IMG/VR virus record: IMGVR_UViG_3300027782_000071
Location: 1 to 64,000 of that record
DNA length: 64,000 nucleotides
Direction: 5' to 3' (one strand)
DNA from: an uncultured virus (IMG/VR IMGVR_UViG_3300027782_000071)
Lineage: Duplodnaviria; Heunggongvirae; Uroviricota; Caudoviricetes
Below are positions 9,801-17,599 of this stretch, in pieces. Both the position numbers and the translations under genes were made by a program. Numbering within the stretch: position 1 is the stretch's first letter; each line of letters starts with the position of its first letter. Under the pieces are notes generated by a model. That model had not been told where the DNA came from and did not search any database. It saw only the letters and a list, made by a program, of their open reading frames with translations.

Positions 9801-12800
9801 GATTCTTTTGCAATATAATCTAAATTCAAACGAATCATTCTTGCTGCATCAAAGAATCTATCTGTCGCCACACCAGATAGTGGTTGTAAAGAAACGACAG
9901 CAGATCCACTGGTCATATTTGGTCCAATGAAACTTATATTAGTAATGTGGCATCCATTGTTTACATAGAATAGATCCTGATCTGGATATTGTGGTGTTAC
10001 TACACAGTTACGAAGTTCTGTTCCCTGTACTGATACTGTTTTTGCCAGAACAATTGGATTATTTTCAACATATACTCCCGGAAATACTTTAATTGTGTCT
10101 CCAAACAAAGCAACAGAGGCAGCTGATTTGATAGTTCTTTTTGGATAATTTTCTGCTAATCCAGTATTATCATCATTACCAGTTTGAGAAACATAAATTG
10201 TTTTTCCAATTGGACGATATGCATCAACAGTTACCCTACCTTTTCCTGGATTTTGTGTTGAGGTAATATCAATACCAATACCAGGTACTAATTGCGTTAC
10301 AATTCCAACTAGATTTACACCACTACCAAAATATTCCGTGGAAGTTGTTGTTCCTACAACTGTTAAAGTATTTGTTACAATACTTGTTCCAATACCAACA
10401 CTACCGGATGATGGATTATAAACTAATTTTTTAGAAGAAACATATTCATTATTTGTTGTTCCACTTGTTTGTTTTACGAATGTTAGATAATCAACTTCAT
10501 TGGTAGTATTATTGTCTTCTAATACTATGACTCCAGAACCAGGAATTCCTTGAAGACCTTGGTTTCCTTGAGTACCTTGGCGTCCTTGAGTACCTTGAGT
10601 ACCTTGAGTACCTTGAGGACCTTGAAAAGATGCTGCACCCTGAAGTCCTTGATTAGCCTGAAGACCTTGGCGACCTTGAGTACCTTGAACACCTTGATTA
10701 CCCTGAGTACCTTGAACACCTTGATTACCCTGAGTACCTTGAGTACCCTGAGTCCCTTGAAAAGATGCTGCACCCTGAAGTCCTTGATTACCTTGTGTAC
10801 CTTGTGTACCTTGATTACCTTGAGTTCCTTGGAAATTACTTAAAAATCCTTGAACACCTTGGTTTCCTTGAGTGCCTTGAGTGCCTTGAGCACTTTGTTG
10901 TCCTTGAGTGCCTTGAAATCCCTGATTACCTTGTGTACCTTGTGTACCTTGATTACCTTGAGTACCTTGATTACCTTGAGTACCTTGGAAATTACTTAAA
11001 AATCCTTGAACACCTTGGTTTCCTTGAGTACCCTGGTCACCTTGAGTACCTTGGAATCCTTGAGTACCTTGAGCACCTTGAGTACCTTGGAAATTACTTA
11101 ATGGTCCTTGAAGTCCTTGGCGACCTTGATTACCTTGCGTACCTTGATTACCTTGCGTACCTTGATTACCTTGAGTTCCTTGACGACCCTGATTTCCTTG
11201 AGTACCTTGAGCACCAAGGCCTTGATTACCTTGAAGTCCCTGAGTACCTTGGAAATCACTTAATGGTCCTTGAAGTCCTTGAGTTCCTTGGAAATTACTT
11301 AATGTACCTTGATTTCCTTGAGTACCCTGGCGCCCTTGAGCACCCTGAGTACCTTGAGTACCTTGGGCACCTTGAGTTCCTTGGAAATTACTTAAAAATC
11401 CTTGAACACCTTGACGACCTTGGGGACCTTGAATACCTTGAGCACTTTGTTGACCTTGAGTACCTTGAGTACCTTGGAAATTACTTAATGTACCTTGGTT
11501 TCCTTGAGCACCTTGGTTTCCTTGAGCACCTTGAGTACCCTGGGACCCTTGAAAAGATGCTGCACCCTGAAGTCCTTGATTACCTAATCCTTGAGTACCT
11601 TGAGTACCTTGATCACCTTGAGTACCTTGATTTCCTTGAGTACCTTGGAATCCTTGATTTCCTTGTAGACCCTGGCGACCTTGATTTCCTTGTAGACCCT
11701 GGCGACCTTGGTTTCCTTGAGTACCTTGATTTCCTTGATTTCCTTGAAGACCTTGATTTCCTTGATTTCCTTGATTTCCTTGAAGACCTTGGTTTCCTTG
11801 ATTACCTTGAGTACCCTGGTCACCTTGAGTACCTTGGTTTCCTTGATTTCCTTGAGTACCTTGGCGCCCCTGGCGTCCCTGAGTACCTTGAGTACCCTGG
11901 TCACCTTGAGTACCTTGGTTTCCTTGATTACCTTGGGTGCCCTGGTCACCTTGAGTACCTTGGTTTCCTTGATTACCCTGGCGACCTTGAGTACCTTGAG
12001 CACTTTGTTGACCTTGAAGACCTTGATTTCCTTGAATACCTTGATTGGAAAGTCCTTGAGTACCTTGGGCGCCCACGCGCCCTTGAGCAGCTTGAGTACC
12101 CTGGCGACCCTGATTACCTTGGTTTCCCTGATTACCTTGGACACCTTGATCACCTTGAGTACCTTGGCGACCTTGAGTACCTTGGAAATTACTTAATGGT
12201 CCCTGAAGTCCTTGGCGACCTTGAGTACCTTGAAATCCTTGGCGACCTTGAGTACCTTGAGCACCCTGAGTACCCTGAAAATTACTCAAAAATCCCTGAA
12301 CACCTTGATTTCCTTGAAGTCCTTGAGTACTTTGGTTTCCTTGAGTACCTTGGAAATCACTTAATGGTCCTTGAAGTCCTTGAAGTCCTTGAGTGCCTTG
12401 ACGACCTTGAAGACCTTGAAGACCTTGAAGACCTTGATTACCTTGAGTACCTTGGAAATCACTTAATGGTCCTTGAAGACCTTGAAGACCTTGAAGACCT
12501 TGAAGACCTTGATTGCCTTGGTTTCCTTGAGTTCCTTGGTTTCCTTGAGTGCCTTGACGACCTTGAAGTCCTTGATTACCTTGAAGACCTTGAAGACCTT
12601 GATTACCTTGAGTACCTTGGAAATCACTTAATGGTCCTTGAACACCTTGAACACCTTGAGTGCCCTGAGCACCTTGACGACCTTGAGTACCTTGGTCACC
12701 TTGAGTGCCTTGATTACCTTGAGAACCAAAACCACCAGTAAATCCTTGAGCACCTTGACGACCTTGAGTACCTTGGACACCTTGATCACCTTGAGTACCC

Positions 12801-13222
12801 TGAGTACCCTGATTGCCTTGGTTTCCTTGAGTACCTTGAGTACCTTGAGTACCTTGAAATCCTTGAGTACCTTGAGTACCCTGGAATCCTTGATTGCCCG
12901 GAGTACCTTGAAGTCCCTGTAGACCTTGGCGACCTTGAAGACCTTGAGTACCTTGTCCAGAAAATTGCCCACTTGTACCCTGAATAGCTTCGACGGATGC
13001 GTATCCTAGATTATTCCAAGGAGTAACTCCATCACCAAACTTAAAGCGATTAGTATCAGATTCAATACCTAAAGTACCAGCTGATAAAATTTCATTTTCA
13101 GATTCCCATTCTGAAGCTAATTGATATTTACCATCTTGAAGATTTGGTGCAATAATATTTTTAAAAAAAGTTACCTTTTCATTAAAATAAGATTCATTTC
13201 CAAATACGGTAATATCTGCCAT
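6803..13222 (-). CDS. Giant collagen-like tail fibre/spike with Mtd/hyaluronidase-type N-terminal motif and pectin-lyase-like beta-helix
   Basis: WESENEILSAGTLGIESDTNRFKFGDGVTPWNNL motif; ~800 aa of Gly-X-Gln; IYVSQTGNDDNTG...PKRTIKSA...GDTIKVFPGVY beta-helix cap. Confidence 0.8.
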   Translation of the reverse strand: MADITVFGNESYFNEKVTFFKNIIAPNLQDGKYQLASEWESENEILSAGTLGIESDTNRFKFGDGVTPWNNLGYASVEAIQGTSGQFSGQGTQGLQGRQGLQGLQGTPGNQGFQGTQGTQGFQGTQGTQGTQGNQGNQGTQGTQGDQGVQGTQGRQGAQGFTGGFGSQGNQGTQGDQGTQGRQGAQGTQGVQGVQGPLSDFQGTQGNQGLQGLQGNQGLQGRQGTQGNQGTQGNQGNQGLQGLQGLQGLQGPLSDFQGTQGNQGLQGLQGLQGRQGTQGLQGLQGPLSDFQGTQGNQSTQGLQGNQGVQGFLSNFQGTQGAQGTQGRQGFQGTQGRQGLQGPLSNFQGTQGRQGTQGDQGVQGNQGNQGNQGRQGTQAAQGRVGAQGTQGLSNQGIQGNQGLQGQQSAQGTQGRQGNQGNQGTQGDQGTQGNQGNQGTQGDQGTQGTQGRQGRQGTQGNQGNQGTQGDQGTQGNQGNQGLQGNQGNQGNQGLQGNQGNQGTQGNQGRQGLQGNQGRQGLQGNQGFQGTQGNQGTQGDQGTQGTQGLGNQGLQGAASFQGSQGTQGAQGNQGAQGNQGTLSNFQGTQGTQGQQSAQGIQGPQGRQGVQGFLSNFQGTQGAQGTQGTQGAQGRQGTQGNQGTLSNFQGTQGLQGPLSDFQGTQGLQGNQGLGAQGTQGNQGRQGTQGNQGTQGNQGTQGNQGRQGLQGPLSNFQGTQGAQGTQGFQGTQGDQGTQGNQGVQGFLSNFQGTQGNQGTQGNQGTQGTQGNQGFQGTQGQQSAQGTQGTQGNQGVQGFLSNFQGTQGNQGTQGTQGNQGLQGAASFQGTQGTQGTQGNQGVQGTQGNQGVQGTQGRQGLQANQGLQGAASFQGPQGTQGTQGTQGRQGTQGNQGLQGIPGSGVIVLEDNNTTNEVDYLTFVKQTSGTTNNEYVSSKKLVYNPSSGSVGIGTSIVTNTLTVVGTTTSTEYFGSGVNLVGIVTQLVPGIGIDITSTQNPGKGRVTVDAYRPIGKTIYVSQTGNDDNTGLAENYPKRTIKSAASVALFGDTIKVFPGVYVENNPIVLAKTVSVQGTELRNCVVTPQYPDQDLFYVNNGCHITNISFIGPNMTSGSAVVSLQPLSGVATDRFFDAARMIRLNLDYIAKESVGFLTSGFSGFAGSHREQDAARLIDKNLNYISAEAVGFLTSPVGYGFTLSSGDYTNCREDVVSIMNAVSYDLKANSNRKSIGAGYSYFNSSGGLIHITGIATQRATIAALNYAAGIATHVINNYTPPISYQSGIGSVSQIKDASVIIVNGGCVGVGTTIRQLVGIVTNMIGAASTLTAPSVRYGVVLESGDCSDDVRSVWKCIIHDITRGGNSRSVAAGKAYYDSNWNLIPQILHNPGEVQQTISTFNYSFNIARAVINNCSWGGYPVGLGTTVVNAVYDANTGITTITAINHGLTKNDPVKIAGLGFTCPSGPGTLLYPSGNLGYIFPVKSIVGVNTFEVVVGQSTLPHTYVSGGTIQKYTNFQNQYTQIKDLAMQVDPKTGFNDVIASCADVASALKSCVGIVTSIVGFGSTAFAYVGFNTTYPGNRGSGFDSIRKIQNAIYDEKSGKTTITSQGFSLKKGDIIEVRDLLFSCSSGGPTSTQLFPSGRYGYEFYIEKVYPNGTFDIYTGISTIPHTYVSGGYIINRSVGVTTASYNNLTGITTITAPNLNVRVGDFVTIRDLEFSCLSGSGTTTIYPTGNNGYDFRVLSVVGTGSTFTVNVGTAPMAHKYVTGGVVLPPYSKGVGPITQGPYIRNCTNFIPDSIGMRVDGFNAEPGEAEDIGVTGTMSVDSYTQYNQGGIGCSITNGAYSQLVSIFTICDDIGIFTKSGGQCDITNSNCSFGNYGLVSDGVGDYETKSIYRYTGEVVNSAEIETDTVTISGLGGQRPYDGQAIYFGELYYQINSLQVTNGGSGYSQLNPPNVTIDFPEGPSGIRAEASANVDENGIITSIDVISTGSQYSTVPNVTISNAPGGSGVGGDATAVLYPLYYTIQTATLPVSGISTVILTQNLNNSVDPGTTVYFSRISLQIATSISLEWVGSGTDINTAKPALGGVTIQENETDKRNGGQVVYTSTNQGGNFQIGDGVVINQLTGTISGRAFSQSLLNTVTPLIIALS
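10545..12985 (-). repeat. Collagen-like (Gly-X-Gln)n coding repeat with LS[N/D]FQ interruptions
   Basis: 9-bp periodicity; recurring ggaaattacttaa / ggaaatcacttaa units. Confidence 0.92.
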
Positions 13223-13223
13223 T

Positions 13224-13451
13224 TTATGAACCTATCACTGTAGTTTTTGCTATATCAAACGCTTTACCAACAATATCTCCACCAACAAAACTTCCAGAAA
13301 ATATTTGACTACCAAAAGATTGTTTAATCGCATTTCCAGTTAAAGCATCAATATCAGCTTTATTACCCTTCATTAAAATTCTACCAGATCCAGAATTTAA
13401 TGTAATATTTCTTCCCGCTTTAATATCTACGTCTTCATCTGCATCTATCAT
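13224..13451 (-). CDS. C-terminal half of a gp5-associated beta-helix spike-like protein (possibly joined to the upstream ORF by a -1 frameshift)
   Basis: IDADEDVDIKAGRNITLNSG spike-type repeats; continues the upstream ORF in the -1 frame. Confidence 0.6.
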   Translation of the reverse strand: MIDADEDVDIKAGRNITLNSGSGRILMKGNKADIDALTGNAIKQSFGSQIFSGSFVGGDIVGKAFDIAKTTVIGS

Positions 13452-13777
13452 TATATTTTTCCCTTAATTCTAACTGAACCATTTCTCATTGCTGTAATAG
13501 TAACATCTCCACTCATTCCCGCAATTACAATGTCTACCCCGTCACTACTTTCCTTATTTCCTGCAATAATTTCAATATGCCTATCATTATAAATTCTATA
13601 TGATCCAGATTCAGTTAAACCGACAAGATTGACATCATTGTTGTCAGTTACTCCATAAAGAGCATAAACATTTGTTCCGTTGGATCCCATTTGGGGATTA
13701 GTAACGTCAATTCTAAACTTTGGACCTAAACTCCAAATATCTCTTGCTTCCCAATTTTGATTCGGTCTTTCTGCCAT
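13451..13777 (-). CDS. N-terminal half of a gp5-associated spike-like protein
   Basis: 108 aa directly after gp5, ending ...GSVRIKGKI* at a G GGA AAA site. Confidence 0.65.
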   Translation of the reverse strand: MAERPNQNWEARDIWSLGPKFRIDVTNPQMGSNGTNVYALYGVTDNNDVNLVGLTESGSYRIYNDRHIEIIAGNKESSDGVDIVIAGMSGDVTITAMRNGSVRIKGKI

Positions 13778-13778
13778 T

Positions 13779-16280
13779 TTATGTTATACAGTCAACTACT
13801 ATTTTTAATTCTCCCTGAGGAGTTGTTGAAAGTTCTCCAACAATTGGTTTTAATATTGCTCCAACACCAGTTTTCGATTTAATTTTAATAACTGGTAAAT
13901 CTGATATTGTCATACTATTTATTGGTCGTCTCTGAGTAAGTTTTTTATTAGTATTGGTATTGGTACTAGAAACTGTTAGTCCAGGATTTTCTTGAATGAT
14001 ATTTGATATGATTTCTGGGGTCAGGGTGTCTTGTAAGGTTATGGAAACTGACGTAACAGTTCCAACATCATCAACAATTAGATTGTAGGTATTATTATAA
14101 TTATCAGTTCCGACATCTCCAGCATTGTATCCTATTCCACCATTAATAACTGCAACTCTAACAACACCATATGGTTTGTATTGTGGATTTGTTTCAGCAG
14201 TAGATACTGATGATTGGAAATTAACATCTCCTAAAGGATAATTTTCACCTTCTGATACCATATAAATCTCAACTATTTCACCAGCATCATTAATTATTGA
14301 TCTAGCAACAGCCCCATATCCTTGATTACAATTATCGACAAATTCTACAAATGGTGGATAACGATATCCCGATCCAGCATTATCTAATCTAACTCCAATT
14401 ATACTTGCGGTTCTTTGTTCGGTAATATTATTATTGTTTAATACATTGTTAGCAAAATTTCCCAAAATTGCTGTTGCTGTTCCCCCAGATCCACCACCAC
14501 CAAAAATACGAACTTTGGGAGGCCCACACGATGTTGGTTTCCCAGTATAACATCCCCCTAAAGGACTATTAGTTGCAGGGGTTTTTGTTCCTGCTCCAAA
14601 AATATCCCATTGACCATATTCTTGATTAAATGTGAAAGTTGGAGATGCTTCCGATAAAGTAGTATCTGTAATTGGAGAAATTAATGAAAAACTTGATCCA
14701 ACATCATAATTTGTAGAAATTCCAGAATATGCCCTTTCAACAGAAATTTGATTGATTTTTGGATTTATTGAAGTAATTTTCATAATTTCAGAATTACTTG
14801 TAAGTAATCCATCAACTTCAAAACCATTCAAATTATCAAATAAAAGAGTATTATCGGTTTTAGTAACTATACTAGTTACTTTTCTTAATCCTACGTAATT
14901 ATCTTTTACAATAGAATCATTTTCTTGAACATCTTTCACATATGGTGATAGTCCAACAGCTGCAGCAACATTCATATTATCCAATATACTTTTAAAGGTG
15001 CTCTCTTCATTTTCGCTTGATTTTGCACCACTTCCAATAGTCCATTCTTTAACAAGTCCAGAACATTTTCCCTTTGATTGGTTGCAATCAAACAATCCAC
15101 CAATAGATTTAATTGAATCAATGCCACTACGAAGAAAATTAGCAACATTAAACCCCCCAATTAAAGATAGGAGTTTTTGCACCCCATTTAAAGGTCCTGC
15201 AAGACCTTGAACAATCTTATTAATAATTCCATTCATAAATGCACCAGAAAATTGATTTCCAGCACATGTAACAAAGTTGTCAACATTATCTAAGACAGAT
15301 TTTAAAAGATTTTTTACAATACTGCCAAGTCCACTTACAATTTTTCCAGCAACACATGGAATTGCTTCTTCCAACTTTTTAACTGGATTAATCATAGCAG
15401 TTTGTGCTGCTACTCCTGCTAAATGTGCAATTCCAGGATTTAGTGTTGCTGCCAATACTTTTGCAAAAACTGTTTTAAATAATAATTGAAGACCTTTTTT
15501 AAGAAGTGGAATAAGTTTATTGAAAAGAGAGTTGAACATTTGTCCAACTATGTTATTTGCAATCGAAACTATTTTTTCAACCGAACGACTAATTTCTCCG
15601 GCAATATTTGAAACTTTTGAAACTCCATCAGATACCTTATCCAACAAATTAGTTACTTCAGTTATTATTCCCTTTACTGCAGTATCATCACAAGTATTTG
15701 CGAATACAATTTTTTTACCTACACCACTGTAATATGCAATTTCATCTTTAGTTTCTTTATTTGAATTTAATTTATTAATAACCTTTGGCGGAACATCTCT
15801 TGGAGATTTCTGAGATGTTGAATTTGATTCACTTGTTTGACTATTATATACTTTACCATTTGGATCTGCAACATTATCAGTATACCCAGTAAATGGAACG
15901 AATGGAGAAACATAGTCATTGGATGGAACTTGACTTGTTCTACCAAAAAGTCCCATAATTACAGGATTTTGTCCATTATCTCCGTCCAAGAAAAATCCAA
16001 AAACAACATCACCAGGTCGAAGTTTGGGATTTGTTGAGTAATTTGCTGCGCCAGATCCAGAAGTTGTTGGAAGAAGAACTTGCGCCCAGGGCAAATCTTC
16101 ATTCTTAAGTTCTACATTATTATATGGGTGATAACCCATAATACGAACTTTACAACGATTTCCCCATCCACCACCATTAGTCTGCTTTCCTTGAGACTCA
16201 ATTGGTGGAATTTGCCCAATCCACCAACGAAATCCATCTCTTCCTATAAAATTACTTTGAAGTAGTGATTGATCAATCAT
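13779..16280 (-). CDS. gp5: Baseplate hub/central spike protein (cyanophage-type gp5)
   Basis: FIGRDGFRWWIGQI...RCKVRIMGYHP...LPWAQV...GDVVFGFFLDGDNGQNPVIMG, the gp5 OB-fold N-terminus. Confidence 0.88.
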   Translation of the reverse strand: MIDQSLLQSNFIGRDGFRWWIGQIPPIESQGKQTNGGGWGNRCKVRIMGYHPYNNVELKNEDLPWAQVLLPTTSGSGAANYSTNPKLRPGDVVFGFFLDGDNGQNPVIMGLFGRTSQVPSNDYVSPFVPFTGYTDNVADPNGKVYNSQTSESNSTSQKSPRDVPPKVINKLNSNKETKDEIAYYSGVGKKIVFANTCDDTAVKGIITEVTNLLDKVSDGVSKVSNIAGEISRSVEKIVSIANNIVGQMFNSLFNKLIPLLKKGLQLLFKTVFAKVLAATLNPGIAHLAGVAAQTAMINPVKKLEEAIPCVAGKIVSGLGSIVKNLLKSVLDNVDNFVTCAGNQFSGAFMNGIINKIVQGLAGPLNGVQKLLSLIGGFNVANFLRSGIDSIKSIGGLFDCNQSKGKCSGLVKEWTIGSGAKSSENEESTFKSILDNMNVAAAVGLSPYVKDVQENDSIVKDNYVGLRKVTSIVTKTDNTLLFDNLNGFEVDGLLTSNSEIMKITSINPKINQISVERAYSGISTNYDVGSSFSLISPITDTTLSEASPTFTFNQEYGQWDIFGAGTKTPATNSPLGGCYTGKPTSCGPPKVRIFGGGGSGGTATAILGNFANNVLNNNNITEQRTASIIGVRLDNAGSGYRYPPFVEFVDNCNQGYGAVARSIINDAGEIVEIYMVSEGENYPLGDVNFQSSVSTAETNPQYKPYGVVRVAVINGGIGYNAGDVGTDNYNNTYNLIVDDVGTVTSVSITLQDTLTPEIISNIIQENPGLTVSSTNTNTNKKLTQRRPINSMTISDLPVIKIKSKTGVGAILKPIVGELSTTPQGELKIVVDCIT

Positions 16281-17599
16281 TTCTTTTTGGGTCCGAATGT
16301 ATCTCTAATTAACTTCATAGAAGTATATGATCTTTCAACATCAAAATGATGGCATAATTCTTTTATCATATATAGACCACTTGTTTCTGAATCATATTCT
16401 TTTGCATCAGATTCGGAAATTTTGGGAAATTGACATTCGATAATATCACCTGCTCTCAAATTTGTATTTGAGGGAACCATAATACTCATAGTTTGTGTGA
16501 AAAGAGTGTTATATCTCATCAATGATTGTGATTGGTGTAATGATGGATCCGAATTTTGCGATGTAGATACGCCTGGATCCATTGTTCCAACATCCAAAAT
16601 TTGACTCATAATTCTTGTTGGTACTTCATCGAGACCTAGATTGGAACTATTTGAAATTTTTGGAAGTTCTAATTTTTTACCTAGATTCTTTGTTTTTTTA
16701 GAATAATTATTATATGTAAATACAGTGTTTGAAAAATTAAAATCCAATGGATTGAAGAATAATCTTTGACTAGAATACGCCCCTAATCTAAGTTTTTCTA
16801 TTAGATTTTGATTTTTATCAGTAATATAATTTAAAATTTTCAAATCATTATCATCTTTCTTATCTTCAGAATCATAAGAAGTTGTTGCTTCACTATATGT
16901 GTATGTTGCTTTTGGAGATTGTTCAATCAAATTATCAATAGATCTAAATTGGAATCCATCAATTGTTTGATAAAATAAAAATCCTGCTGTACCAGATCCA
17001 GAAGATTCGGGAACAGATTTTGATGCTAACCAAGTTAAAATTGTAAATGGTTTTCTCATATTTCCAACAAAACCATATTTGTTTGAGGTCTTATCAATTT
17101 TTCCAATTTTTTTCGCTATCAAATAGTCATTAAGAATTGCTCTAACAGAATTATCAATTGTTGATGATGGGTTAAATTTTTTTGGAACTCTAGAAGTTTC
17201 ATTTGTAATTGATTCTCTTGAAGTTAAATGAAGAGTAAAACTTTCTCTTTGAGTCTCAGAAATTACATCAGTAATACTTGAAACATAAAGATAACCATTA
17301 GAATTTTTTGAAAAATCTAATCCTGGATTTTTTTCACTGTTTCCTGAAATTCTTATTGATAATCTCTCTCCACCTCTTAAAGGAAGTCCATTATAAATTG
17401 ATTGCTTATCTCCATCTGGATTTTCTTTGGGAGCAATTACATTTCCAGTGTCCATTACTTTAATTTTGGCAGTAATGGTAGGTGAAAAAATATCTTCAAA
17501 ATATTCAACTGCAATAGTACCACTACTAATATCAACAGTTCTACTTTGATCGTTTGATTCTATAATTAATTCTTCAAATATAGATTTTTTTATTGACAT
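16277..17599 (-). CDS. Baseplate hub protein (gp27-like)
   Basis: 440 aa upstream of gp5; YFEDIFSPTITA, GFLFYQTIDGFQFRSIDNL, LRAGDII...SGLYMIKELCHHF motifs typical of hub proteins. Confidence 0.7.
   Translation of the reverse strand: MSIKKSIFEELIIESNDQSRTVDISSGTIAVEYFEDIFSPTITAKIKVMDTGNVIAPKENPDGDKQSIYNGLPLRGGERLSIRISGNSEKNPGLDFSKNSNGYLYVSSITDVISETQRESFTLHLTSRESITNETSRVPKKFNPSSTIDNSVRAILNDYLIAKKIGKIDKTSNKYGFVGNMRKPFTILTWLASKSVPESSGSGTAGFLFYQTIDGFQFRSIDNLIEQSPKATYTYSEATTSYDSEDKKDDNDLKILNYITDKNQNLIEKLRLGAYSSQRLFFNPLDFNFSNTVFTYNNYSKKTKNLGKKLELPKISNSSNLGLDEVPTRIMSQILDVGTMDPGVSTSQNSDPSLHQSQSLMRYNTLFTQTMSIMVPSNTNLRAGDIIECQFPKISESDAKEYDSETSGLYMIKELCHHFDVERSYTSMKLIRDTFGPKKK

Noticed and set aside
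10765..12741. 658-aa plus-strand ORF (LEYLEYLGN...) and similar ORFs at 4988-6192 and 10525-12972
   Set aside because: Shadow of Gly-X-Gln codons. In this antisense frame codons are CTT/CCT, GNN and NNC, so stops cannot occur within the regular repeat. No independent evidence of expression.
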